This document shows, one piece after another, positions 1 to 9,037 of a stretch of 64,000 nucleotides of DNA. Within the stretch, counting starts at the first letter, position 1; every line of letters starts with the position of its first letter. Source of the DNA: Candidatus Woesearchaeota archaeon (GTDB taxonomy: Archaea; Nanobdellota; Nanobdellia; Woesearchaeales; SKIA01); the NCBI GenBank assembly GCA_046704725.1, contig JBJKRI010000003.1, positions 64,001 to 128,000 on the forward strand, read 5' to 3'. A program made the translations under genes and the position numbers. The notes under the pieces are model-generated. The model was given only the letters and a program-made list of their open reading frames with translations, was not told where the DNA came from and made no database searches.

Positions 1-21
1 GACGGGGGGTAGGGTCCGCGA

Positions 22-1311
22 ATGGACCCCGATCGTGTCAGCGTCGTGTACGATCTTCGGCGGAAGCTCCGCAAGGGGCACAGCGAGGACGTCTTCAACC
101 AGTTCCTGACACTCGGCGGCTTCTCCGCGGGAGCGGCCGTGCTGCTCTTCGCGCTCCACTTGGTCATGGCCCGCTTGCTCGGGCCGGAGAGCTATGCGTC
201 GTTCGGCACCTACGTCGCGATACTCTACACCGCGTTCTTCTGCCTGACGAGCATCCATCTCATCATCACGCGGTTCATCAGCTACCACCGCTCGCGCTAC
301 CAGTACGAGCAGATCAACTACATCATCACGCACAGCCTGCGCATACTGTTCATCGCGGGCTTCGCCGCGTTCATCATCCTGCTGGCCGCAGCGCGCGGCG
401 TCGCGCTCTTCTTCCACCTGACGGGCATCGCCTCGACGGTCTTGCTCGGTTTCGCGATCTGGTTCGTCATCCTCTCGCCCGTCTTCGAGGGCGCCTTCAA
501 GGGCCTCGAGGATTTCCGCGGCATCGGGCGCATGCGCCTCATCGAGTCTGGTATCCGCTTGCTCGCGGCGACCGGTCTCGTGCTCTTGGGCTTCGGCGTC
601 CCCGGAGCGCTCTTTGGACTGGGCATCGGCACGTTCGTCGCCCTCATGTTCAGCTACCGTGATCTCTACCGCATCATGCGGCTCAAAATAGTCAAGCCCG
701 ACCTCACCCAGATGCGCCGCTTCGCCGTGCCTGTGCTCTTGACGATCGTCTCCATCTCCTTGCTCCTCAACCTCGACATCATCCTGGTCAAGCACTTCTT
801 CGACCCCGCCCAGGCGGGCGTCTTCGCGGCGGCGAGCCTCGTCGCAAAGGTGCCGTTCTTCATCAGCATGGTGTTCGTCGGCGTGATGTTCCCGAAGATC
901 ACGCAGCTCCACGCGGACGGAAAGAACGCAACACCCATACTGCGCAACGCCTTGCAGGTCGTGGTCCCGCTCGTCGCTGTCTTCACATTGCTCAGCTTCT
1001 TCTTCGCCGGACCCCTCTTCTCACTGCTCTTCGGCGCCGGCTATGTCATCGGACCCACGCTCGGCTTCTACGTCTTCGGCATGGGATGCCTTTCCATCAC
1101 CGTCCTGCTCGCGGTCTACCTGCTCGCGGTCCGCGAGGACAGCATCGCCTTCGCGATACCAATCTTCCTCGTCGTCTTCGCGGCATTGCTCGGTATCTTC
1201 CACGGCTCGCTCACGCAGGTCATGGTCGTAGTGATGCTTGTCATGGTAGCGGCCTTGGCCTACACGCTTTACAAGTCGCGTGACTTCATCGACTTCGACC
1301 TGTTCCTATAG
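22..1311 (+). CDS. Oligosaccharide flippase / polysaccharide biosynthesis membrane protein (Wzx/MOP superfamily)
   Basis: About 12 hydrophobic segments; MARLLGPESYASFG and DIILVKHFFDPAQAGVFAAAS motifs typical of Wzx-like flippases. Confidence 0.8.
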   Translation: MDPDRVSVVYDLRRKLRKGHSEDVFNQFLTLGGFSAGAAVLLFALHLVMARLLGPESYASFGTYVAILYTAFFCLTSIHLIITRFISYHRSRYQYEQINYIITHSLRILFIAGFAAFIILLAAARGVALFFHLTGIASTVLLGFAIWFVILSPVFEGAFKGLEDFRGIGRMRLIESGIRLLAATGLVLLGFGVPGALFGLGIGTFVALMFSYRDLYRIMRLKIVKPDLTQMRRFAVPVLLTIVSISLLLNLDIILVKHFFDPAQAGVFAAASLVAKVPFFISMVFVGVMFPKITQLHADGKNATPILRNALQVVVPLVAVFTLLSFFFAGPLFSLLFGAGYVIGPTLGFYVFGMGCLSITVLLAVYLLAVREDSIAFAIPIFLVVFAALLGIFHGSLTQVMVVVMLVMVAALAYTLYKSRDFIDFDLFL

Positions 1312-1317
1312 TGACTT

Positions 1318-2925
1318 TCAGAGTCTGTTGATGACTTTTTCGGCCTTTGTAAGCATACTCGAAATCTCGAACGCGCACGTCGGCATGTGGATGCTACGCG
1401 CGGACAGTTCCTTTGGATGGATCTCTCCCACAACGCCATGTATATCTCCTGTCACGCGCGCGCACCGCCCCGGCAAGAAACGCTCGTCCTCGTGCTCCTC
1501 GAACGTGACCCACCAATCCATCGCGCGGCACAACGCTTCCAGCGCCTGTCGCGCCTGGGTATAATCAGCGTCCTCGGCGCAGCGGACCGCGGCGGCATGA
1601 CGTGACTCGACGACACCCGTATCGCTCTTCCCCTTAGCGAACACCGGACCGACCTCGAAGGCTTGCTGCGGATAGCGGTTGTTCACGTTCTTTTTCAGCG
1701 TGTCGAGCATGCCGGCGAGCAGTTCCTCGCGCAACGCTGCAAAGTCCTGGGTGAGCTGATTCTCCAAGGGAACGCCGTCGGCTCGTAGGTAATAGTCCAT
1801 GAACTCTTGCATGCCCATCCCTGACAGCACGCCGCGTATCGCGTCCTCGATGATCGTCGTTCTTGCGAGCTTCCCGACAGTGTAGATGGAAGGCACTCTC
1901 GGTTCGATGCGGTCGTATCCGTAGCCGATGGCCGCGTCTTCCACGACGTCTGCCGCGTGCATGAAGTCCGTGCGGTACGGTGGGATGCGCACGGCATCCT
2001 TCTCCAATGAAAGTCCCATCTTCGCGAGGCTTGCCGAGAGCTCTGATGCGGGGATGCCGCTTCGCTCCACAACATAGTCGATGTCGATGTCGAGCTTACG
2101 CTGCGTCAGGTCGGGCGTGATGATGTGCCAGTCGGGATACTCGACGGTCATGCTCTCGACCGTCGCTCCCATGTCGGAGAATGCGCAGCAGATCATGGCG
2201 AGCGCTTGTTCGAGCGGCAGTTCCTGGTGGCCGGAGCACTCGATGAAGACGTCTTTCGTCTTCTCGGTGACTTTTCCCACGTCGTGGCTGTTGATGATGG
2301 GCGGCACCGACAATACCTTGCCCTCGGCGTCGCGGAACACCGGATACACAGAAGCCCCTTCGAGGAGGTGCGCGTAGTGCTGGCCGGTCGGATGCTCTTT
2401 TAGCATCGTTGAAGCGTCCATATCCTTATCGCTCTCCAATGGACGGAAGACGATGTCCTTTGGCTTTTCCGCGCCGAAAGTGATGGGCAGCGTGATGTGC
2501 TCGAGCGGGTAGATGCCGATCGCCACTTTCTTCCGCTTCCTGCCGAAGGTCACGTGGAGCTTCTCCTGCAGGTCGATGATCTCCTTTATGTGCTCATCGT
2601 CCAACGACAGCCCGCGTACGATCGCGCAGCGCGTGTGCGGCCGCACCTTCGCCGCCGATGGCAATACCTTCACCACTCCGTCGCCCTTCTCGACGGTGTA
2701 GGTGTCCATCCCTTTCGTGTATCCGAGGAAATGGTTCAGTGCGCGCGCGAGCCCCACAGCGGACAGCAGGTCCGGCCTGTTCGGGAAGATCTCGACGCTC
2801 ACGTCCTCCCCGATGGATTCGAGGTCGGTGCCGAGCATGCTGATCGCCTTGGCCAGCTCCTCGTCGGAAGGCTTCCCTTTCAGGTAGGAGCGCAGCGTGC
2901 TCGTCGGCATGGTGATGGTCGGCAT
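1318..2925 (-). CDS. pheT: Phenylalanyl-tRNA synthetase beta subunit (archaeal type)
   Basis: MPTI start overlapping the pheS stop (TGATG); EIFPNRPDLLS, QEKLH..GRKRKKVAIG, PPIINS, PPYRTDFMHAADVVED motifs. Confidence 0.95.
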   Translation of the reverse strand: MPTITMPTSTLRSYLKGKPSDEELAKAISMLGTDLESIGEDVSVEIFPNRPDLLSAVGLARALNHFLGYTKGMDTYTVEKGDGVVKVLPSAAKVRPHTRCAIVRGLSLDDEHIKEIIDLQEKLHVTFGRKRKKVAIGIYPLEHITLPITFGAEKPKDIVFRPLESDKDMDASTMLKEHPTGQHYAHLLEGASVYPVFRDAEGKVLSVPPIINSHDVGKVTEKTKDVFIECSGHQELPLEQALAMICCAFSDMGATVESMTVEYPDWHIITPDLTQRKLDIDIDYVVERSGIPASELSASLAKMGLSLEKDAVRIPPYRTDFMHAADVVEDAAIGYGYDRIEPRVPSIYTVGKLARTTIIEDAIRGVLSGMGMQEFMDYYLRADGVPLENQLTQDFAALREELLAGMLDTLKKNVNNRYPQQAFEVGPVFAKGKSDTGVVESRHAAAVRCAEDADYTQARQALEALCRAMDWWVTFEEHEDERFLPGRCARVTGDIHGVVGEIHPKELSARSIHMPTCAFEISSMLTKAEKVINRL

Positions 2926-4385
2926 CAGTCTTCCTCCGGCGGCACGTAGGTCTTCATGCCGCGCAATTGCGCAAGGTCGTTGCCGTACAATTCGCGCAGG
3001 TCGGTGATGCTGTAGTAGTCCGTGATGATGCGCTCCATCCCCAGGCCCCACGCAAGGACGGGGATGTCCTCGCCGAGCAATGTCTTGACGACCTCAGGCC
3101 GGAAGACCCCCATGCCGCCGAGCTCCACCCATTGCTTTTTCACGGGATGGTAGACCTCGACCTCCGCGGAGGGCTCGGTGTAGGGGAAGTATGCCGGCCG
3201 GAAGCGTACTTCGGTGAATCCCATCTTCTTGTAGAATTCCTTCTGCAGTCCGATGAGGTCCGCGATGGAGAGCCCTTCTCCCACGACGATGCCTTCCACC
3301 TGATGGAACTCGAACAGGTGCTTCCAGTCGAGCGTCTCGTTGCGGAAGACCTTGGAGACGGAGAAATACTTGCCCGTCCTCTCACCGCGCTCGCGCATGC
3401 TGCGCAGCATCTGCGCCGACAACACTGTGGTGTGCGTGCGCAAGAGCACCTTCTTCGCTTCCTCCTCGCTGTACGTCGTCTGCCAGCCCGTGCTTCCCGT
3501 GTCAGCGCCGTCCTCGTGGACGCGCTTGACATGCTCCCACCAGTCCGGAAGTTGCCCTCTACTGGGCAAGTAGAAGGTGTCCTGCATCTCGCGCGCGGGA
3601 TGGTCCTGCGGCACGAACAAGGAGTCCATGTCCCAGAACGCCGTCTGCGTCATGCTCCCTTCCATCTCCGAGAATCCCATCTCGATCCACAAGCGCTTGA
3701 TCGCCGTTATCGCTTCCTGCACGAAGTGCGCCCTGCCGAAATCCCGTTCGGGCACGCCCGTTGTCACGTCATACACGCGGAAGGTCTTGCCCTTCCACGT
3801 CCCGTCCGCGAGCATGCCGCTCGTGACCCGCTCCTCGGGCGCCTTTCCCAGATCGGTCTTGGCGAGTTTCTTGCCGAGAGCTGTGAGCGTGATGGCATAC
3901 GATGTCGTTGTCGACCTCTCGACGAGCCCGCGCTTCTCGTATCCCTCCAATCCCGTCCTCGCTTTCCAGCGCTCTGCGAACGAGTCGATGGTCTCGCTCT
4001 TCCGCGAGACGGTCTTTCCCATCTCGATGCTGCCAGCCTTGCGCAAGGCGCCGATCGCCGCGTTCAGCTCCTGGTCGTCGAGCTTGGCGAGCTTCTTGAT
4101 CTCCTGCAACGTCCGTGGCTTGTCAAGCGTCGAAAGGAATCGCTCCTCAGGCAATCCGTGCTCGAGCGCGTCCTGTCCGCGCTCTGTGAGCTCCCATTCG
4201 GAGCGCTCCTGCTTCCTAAGCGTGAGCACTTCCTTGTTCGAGAGGTACCGCGCCGCGCGCATGGCCTCGACCTCGGGCACGCCCGCCTCTTTCGCGAGCG
4301 CTGATACGCTCTTCTTGTCCACGAGGTGCGGCACGACCTTCCGCTCGATGGGCGAGAGGCTCCTGATGAGCGTTTCCGGCTCCAT
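2925..4385 (-). CDS. pheS: Phenylalanyl-tRNA synthetase alpha subunit
   Basis: PQDHPAREMQDTFY, LRTHTT, FRNETLDWKHLFEFHQVEG, RPAYFPYTEPS, WGLGMER. Confidence 0.97.
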   Translation of the reverse strand: MEPETLIRSLSPIERKVVPHLVDKKSVSALAKEAGVPEVEAMRAARYLSNKEVLTLRKQERSEWELTERGQDALEHGLPEERFLSTLDKPRTLQEIKKLAKLDDQELNAAIGALRKAGSIEMGKTVSRKSETIDSFAERWKARTGLEGYEKRGLVERSTTTSYAITLTALGKKLAKTDLGKAPEERVTSGMLADGTWKGKTFRVYDVTTGVPERDFGRAHFVQEAITAIKRLWIEMGFSEMEGSMTQTAFWDMDSLFVPQDHPAREMQDTFYLPSRGQLPDWWEHVKRVHEDGADTGSTGWQTTYSEEEAKKVLLRTHTTVLSAQMLRSMRERGERTGKYFSVSKVFRNETLDWKHLFEFHQVEGIVVGEGLSIADLIGLQKEFYKKMGFTEVRFRPAYFPYTEPSAEVEVYHPVKKQWVELGGMGVFRPEVVKTLLGEDIPVLAWGLGMERIITDYYSITDLRELYGNDLAQLRGMKTYVPPEED

Positions 4386-4408
4386 ACGGCCCGAGATGAG
4401 GCGTTTCT

Positions 4409-4981
4409 TTATAATCGTGCTGGGCTAGGCAGCCAGGACCGGATATTCTTCCCGAATGGCTCGAGCACCGCTTCCCCTTCGCGTAGGAGCTTCCGGACGT
4501 CTCTGAATTCGTGCTCCATCTCGGTGATCGTTTGAGCGGTCGTCCTCGATCTTCTCTCTATGGTATCGAGATTCTCCTGAAGGATTGCGAGATTCATTTC
4601 TATCTGTGTCCATGGGTCTACTTCTTCGTGCGAGCCTTTGGTCTGCTTGATGTTCTCTACGATCTGGCTTGCCGCATTGTAGGCGCGCCACATTGTATCC
4701 TTGAGCAGGCTTTCCAGCTGCTCGACCTCGTTCAGTTCGTTGGTCATCTCGACTCCGAGCCGGCGGAGCTCGTTGGCGCGCTCGGACATGCGCTTGATGA
4801 TATTGTCTTCGTGCCGCAGGAACTCTAGCGACCTCTGGAGGTGGTCGATGATCTTTTGCAGGCCCTTCTTGGTCTTTTCGATCTTCCTGTTGACTCCTGT
4901 CTGCGAGATGTGCTCCAGGTTGGTCCGTGCTTGGTCGATAATATCATTGTAGTCCTTGAAGTCGTCCTTGTGCAGAAGCAT
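4409..4981 (-). CDS. Hypothetical coiled-coil/helical protein
   Basis: 190-aa ORF filling the gap between trmB and pheS; charged heptad-like composition. Confidence 0.65.
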   Translation of the reverse strand: MLLHKDDFKDYNDIIDQARTNLEHISQTGVNRKIEKTKKGLQKIIDHLQRSLEFLRHEDNIIKRMSERANELRRLGVEMTNELNEVEQLESLLKDTMWRAYNAASQIVENIKQTKGSHEEVDPWTQIEMNLAILQENLDTIERRSRTTAQTITEMEHEFRDVRKLLREGEAVLEPFGKNIRSWLPSPARL

Positions 4982-5048
4982 CCCCTTACCTCCGCGCAGG
5001 TCCTATTTGAGCGTTTCGAGAATGGAGAATAGAAAAGGAACAGAAGGC

Positions 5049-5855
5049 TTACGCCTTCACTTTCTTCATCTCTTTCCACGCGAGCTCGAAGTACTCCTCG
5101 AGCGCCGACGCGAAAAAGGGCGTGTTGATCCAGATGCCGACATCGTAGGTCGGGTGGATCTCTTCGTCGTCCATGATCATGAACACGAGTTCCTGTCCGT
5201 CCACGATGACGAAGCGGGCCCGGGTCTTGCTCTCGCGCACCTCTGCGATGCCTTCGAGCTGCTTGGCCACCTTCCGCGTCTCGGCGTTCATGGGAGCCGC
5301 GATTCGGATGGTCACGCCGCGCTTCTTGATCTGTTCGAGCACGGGCTGCAATCCTTCGGTCTTGCGCATGAATCCCTGCGCCGTCGTCGCGATGGTCACG
5401 CTTTTTTCGGCGCCGCGGATGACAAGCTCGAGATGGTTGTACAGGTTGTGCCTGCCCTTGAGCGAACCGGAGAGGTCGCTCGGCTCGACGAGCTCGACCC
5501 CCTGCGTGTGCAGGTTGTTCAGCTCCTGGATGATATCGGTATTCTTGAGATCTTCCAAGCGTCGGACGTTCTCGTCCGCCTCTTGGCGCACGTTCTTCTT
5601 CACGCGCTCAAGCACCTCTTTGGGCGACACGGCGATGTACTTGATGGGCTTGCCCAGCTTCATCACCACGAAGCCCTTCTTCTCGAGGCTCTCGAGGACG
5701 TCGTATGAACGCGAGCGTGGGACGTTCGCGATATCAGACAGTTCGCCCGCCGTCGAGACGCCGCGCGATAGCAGCGCCGTCCAGATCTTGACCTCGTAGA
5801 GGTTCAGGTTGAAATAGCGGCGTAGCTTGCTCAGAAACTCTTCTTTGACGATCAT
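5049..5855 (-). CDS. TrmB-family transcriptional regulator
   Basis: LNLYEVKIWTALL...VPRSRSYDVLESLEKKGFV wHTH plus PLD-like effector domain (RARFVIVDG); GGGGGT SD-like site upstream of ATG 5855. Confidence 0.9.
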   Translation of the reverse strand: MIVKEEFLSKLRRYFNLNLYEVKIWTALLSRGVSTAGELSDIANVPRSRSYDVLESLEKKGFVVMKLGKPIKYIAVSPKEVLERVKKNVRQEADENVRRLEDLKNTDIIQELNNLHTQGVELVEPSDLSGSLKGRHNLYNHLELVIRGAEKSVTIATTAQGFMRKTEGLQPVLEQIKKRGVTIRIAAPMNAETRKVAKQLEGIAEVRESKTRARFVIVDGQELVFMIMDDEEIHPTYDVGIWINTPFFASALEEYFELAWKEMKKVKA

Positions 5856-5924
5856 TGCAGTTTTACCCCCTTGAAGGGAACTCACCCCTTACTGCGACGA
5901 CAACCCCTCCCTGCTATAAATATG

Positions 5925-6773
5925 TTACTGTCTTGCTGCGGTGACGCCTTGGGATTGCTCCAAGGTGATGATGGTGAACTCCTCGTTCGGAAGAGTGACG
6001 CGCCCCAACACCTTCCCGGTGATGAGCCGCTCGAACCACTCCCGAGGACGTAACGGTTTCTTCTGCCCGACGCTCAGGGTCGGAAAGCTCGTTACCAGGA
6101 TGCGCGCAGGGATGCTGTCGAGCAACTCCGCCGTCACATCGTGCCGCAATTCCTCGAGGCTGTCGAAGAGCTTGAACGAGAAGGCGACATCCGCTCGTGG
6201 AAGGGTCGCCACCGTATCCGGGTCGGTCAGGTCCACGCAGTGCTCGGAGTGCTCCACACCCACCGCTTCGAGGAAGCGTCCGACACGCTCCAGGTCCTGG
6301 CACGCGATGTCCGCCGAGTGGTATGCGGGCCTGCCTGGCAGGAACGGATACGCGAACGGATTGAAGCCGCATCCGAGATCCAGGACGCTCTGTGGCGTCC
6401 CCGTGACGCGGAACAACTGGTGATAGAGGAATGCGTAATAGGAGAGACGTTCGGCGCTCGACCGGTGCAATCCAAGCACGGCTCGCGCACGTTCTTCTGT
6501 CGGCTCGTTGATGAGCGCGTCCACCAACGCATCACGCTTGGCGCCGTACTGCGCGGTGAAGAACACCCCGTACACCGTACGTAATATTGCTCGTACTTCT
6601 GAGCGCAACCGCTGGAAGGCCTTCTTTCTCGTGAATCGTGATGGGTCCTTCTCGAACTCCGCCCGCACGTCCGGGTGCTTTCCCAGCCACGCGTCGAGGA
6701 TGCGTTTGGCGAACGGCCGCGATATCCCTTTCAGTTCTTTCTTGTCGAGCACGAGCTCGAGCAGCGCTACCAT
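5925..6773 (-). CDS. ArmA/Rmt (FmrO)-family 16S rRNA m7G methyltransferase homologue
   Basis: LHRSSAERL (family HxSTxERL), VLDLGCGFNPF SAM motif, FKLFDSLE and VTSFPTLSVG motifs; start overlaps the pelota stop (ATGGTAG). Confidence 0.8.
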   Translation of the reverse strand: MVALLELVLDKKELKGISRPFAKRILDAWLGKHPDVRAEFEKDPSRFTRKKAFQRLRSEVRAILRTVYGVFFTAQYGAKRDALVDALINEPTEERARAVLGLHRSSAERLSYYAFLYHQLFRVTGTPQSVLDLGCGFNPFAYPFLPGRPAYHSADIACQDLERVGRFLEAVGVEHSEHCVDLTDPDTVATLPRADVAFSFKLFDSLEELRHDVTAELLDSIPARILVTSFPTLSVGQKKPLRPREWFERLITGKVLGRVTLPNEEFTIITLEQSQGVTAARQ

Positions 6774-7786
6774 CGCAGCACTCCGGCCACGCCGCCGAGG
6801 GGGTCGAGCTGGCCTGTCGCGTGCCGCACGACATGCACTTCGGCCCCGGTCTTCCTCGCATTCTCCATGAGCGCGTCCAGCTCGGGATACCACCCTTCCT
6901 CCCGTGCCTTCGCGATGAGCGTGCCGCTCACGACCAGCGTCTCCACCTGACCGACCATCGCTTTCTCCGTGCACTCGTCGCGCCCATAGCACGCCTTGTC
7001 CTTGGCGATCGCCGCGAGGACGCGTTCCACGAGCATCCCTTCGGTGCGGGCCCTGTCCGTCTCCAGCGCTTGCTCCACTTCTGGCCGCTTGAGCGCCTCA
7101 CGGACTCCTGCTTCGCCGCCGGCGCTGACCGTGGCGAGCGTGAGCTTCTTCCGTTGCGTTTCGGGCAACGCGTTGCGCAGGTAGTCCGTCCAGAAGGCAG
7201 GGCTCGCCGCGATGATGGATTGGTATGCATTCCGCCCGTCCAGCTCCATGACAGCGGCGGAGAGCGTCTTCCAGAAGTCCTCCGCGCCCCCGCCGGGCGC
7301 TTTCTTGACGACATCCCCGGACAATGTGGTGATGACCTCGTGCCCTTTCCGTGTCAGGTGCGCGAGCGTCGCGCTCTCGCGGTCGAACACCACGAGCAAT
7401 ACGTTGATCGGCTTCGCTTTCGCCGCTTCTTCCATGCGCTGCCTGTTCTCGGCGTCCCAGTCCTTGATGATGGACAGCTCGGTCCCGGGCGTGACCGCGA
7501 TGCTGTGGTGGTCCCCGAAGCTCACGAGGTCCTCTGGTCCTTCAGCGATCGTGCCTTGCACGCGCAGCACGTCCGTCTCGAGCTCGGTCTTCGTCACCAC
7601 GACGGTGAGGGTCATGGGTTTTCGCACTTGCTTGGTCTTGTCCGCTCCCACCGCCACCTTGCGTTCGGTACGCGCCCGTACCTTGTCCCCTTCGGCGATG
7701 ATGTGCGAGAGCTCCCACAGGTCGTCGGCCGATTCCGCACGGACGCGTATCAGGCCTTCTCTCGGCGTTTTCTGCAGAATGCGCAT
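6767..7786 (-). CDS. pelA: mRNA surveillance protein Pelota (aDom34)
   Basis: DDLWELSHIIAEGDKV, HHSI, YGRDEC, C-terminal GQLDPLGGVAGVLRW. Confidence 0.95.
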   Translation of the reverse strand: MRILQKTPREGLIRVRAESADDLWELSHIIAEGDKVRARTERKVAVGADKTKQVRKPMTLTVVVTKTELETDVLRVQGTIAEGPEDLVSFGDHHSIAVTPGTELSIIKDWDAENRQRMEEAAKAKPINVLLVVFDRESATLAHLTRKGHEVITTLSGDVVKKAPGGGAEDFWKTLSAAVMELDGRNAYQSIIAASPAFWTDYLRNALPETQRKKLTLATVSAGGEAGVREALKRPEVEQALETDRARTEGMLVERVLAAIAKDKACYGRDECTEKAMVGQVETLVVSGTLIAKAREEGWYPELDALMENARKTGAEVHVVRHATGQLDPLGGVAGVLRW

Positions 7787-7799
7787 GTTTTTGCCAAAG

Positions 7800-7822
7800 A
7801 AAACGTTTATATATATACTTTT
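7800..7822. promoter_or_regulatory. Probable bidirectional TATA box between divergent pelota and 7837 genes
   Basis: TTTATATATATA (7806-7817) flanked by AAAA/TTTT, about 20-30 nt from both start codons. Confidence 0.6.
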
Positions 7823-7836
7823 GTCAGGCGGAAACG

Positions 7837-8970
7837 ATGGATTGGCGGAGACGGGCCCAGGCGGGAGCAGCGGTGCTCATCGCCCTAATCGCTGTCCTTA
7901 TCATCATGTACGTGCTCTTCTTGCCGCCGGCCGACCGTGCTGTGCTCCTCAACGAGACCTCGCCCGCGACCGCGGTCAACACGACGGGCTCGAACGTGAT
8001 CTTCCAGACCGTCCCGACCGTCGCGCAACAGCAAGGTCCGGAGACGCATGGCATGCCGCCGTTCACCGTCCGGACCCAGACCAGCGGCAACGTCCTCGCG
8101 GATCGCTCGTCCCTATCGGTCTCTCGCACCGCTTTCTCCAACAGTCCCGAGACCGTCGTATTTGATATGCCTTCCAGCTCGTCGAATCCTCTCCTCAGCT
8201 TCACGGCTTCCTCTTCGACGGGCGGGTTGCGCGTCCTGCTCAACAACGTCTCTATCTTCGACGCGGTCATACAGCACCCGCAGGTCGCTCCGATACAGCT
8301 GCCTGCTGGTATGCTGACCTCGCATAACACACTCACCTTCGAGGCTGATCCCGTCGGCTTCGCGATCTGGCAGAGCCACCAGACGAACCTGGTGAACGTG
8401 CGCGTCACCGCTGATGTCACGAGCTTCGCGCAGGCCGGCCAGACCCAGCGCATCGCCATCACCGACCCCGCATCCATCCAGTCCGCCGGTCTGGTCTTCG
8501 TGCCCGACTGCCCGCAGAAGCAGGGCCGCCTGACGGTCACCATGAACGGCGAGACGATCTACAGCGGCTTCCCCGACTGTGGCATCCCCGTGCATGTCGA
8601 GCTCGCGCAGTCGCACATCAAGGACGGCGAGAATGTCCTGTCCTTCTCCGTCGGCAAGGGCGAGTACAGCATCGACCAGGCGTCGGTGAACGTCCTGCGC
8701 CAGCAGCAGAACACGCAGAAGTCCTTCACCATCAGCCAGAACCTCCTCAGTCAGGTGGCTGCGCAGCAGCGACCCATCCTCTTGCGTCTTGCCTTCGCAC
8801 AGCCCGAAGCGCAGGGCGTCATCATCCTCAACGGCCAGCAGCTCGCGTTCCGAACGCACCAGCAATCGTTCGCGGCCCCGATCACGCAGTACCTGCATGT
8901 GGGCAGCAACACGATACAGGTCGCGCAAACGAGCGTCGGCATCGTCTCGCTCAGCGTGCTCTCGGGCTGA
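7837..8970 (+). CDS. Secreted beta-rich protein with class III (prepilin-like) signal peptide
   Basis: N-terminus MDWRRRAQ-AGAAVLIALIAVLIIMYVLFLPP: basic residues, AQ cleavage-type site, hydrophobic helix; beta-strand-rich body. Confidence 0.7.
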   Translation: MDWRRRAQAGAAVLIALIAVLIIMYVLFLPPADRAVLLNETSPATAVNTTGSNVIFQTVPTVAQQQGPETHGMPPFTVRTQTSGNVLADRSSLSVSRTAFSNSPETVVFDMPSSSSNPLLSFTASSSTGGLRVLLNNVSIFDAVIQHPQVAPIQLPAGMLTSHNTLTFEADPVGFAIWQSHQTNLVNVRVTADVTSFAQAGQTQRIAITDPASIQSAGLVFVPDCPQKQGRLTVTMNGETIYSGFPDCGIPVHVELAQSHIKDGENVLSFSVGKGEYSIDQASVNVLRQQQNTQKSFTISQNLLSQVAAQQRPILLRLAFAQPEAQGVIILNGQQLAFRTHQQSFAAPITQYLHVGSNTIQVAQTSVGIVSLSVLSG

Positions 8971-9037
8971 AGAGGTGGGAACCACAGTGACGTCGAAGAC
9001 GCTTCAGGACAGTCCGCACGCTCGGGGTGAGTCGTAG

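Noticed and set aside
2926-3051. N-terminal extensions in the ORF track (pheT, Rmt-like, dys, Mrp, IscA fusion, AbrB-PhoU, rnz)
   Set aside because: Extensions overlap neighbouring genes or promoters; internal starts fit family N-termini and TATA/SD positions better
5860-5915. Four G-tracts in the trmB leader (possible G-quadruplex)
   Set aside because: Long irregular loops; G-runs are adequately explained by SD-like sequences and GC richness
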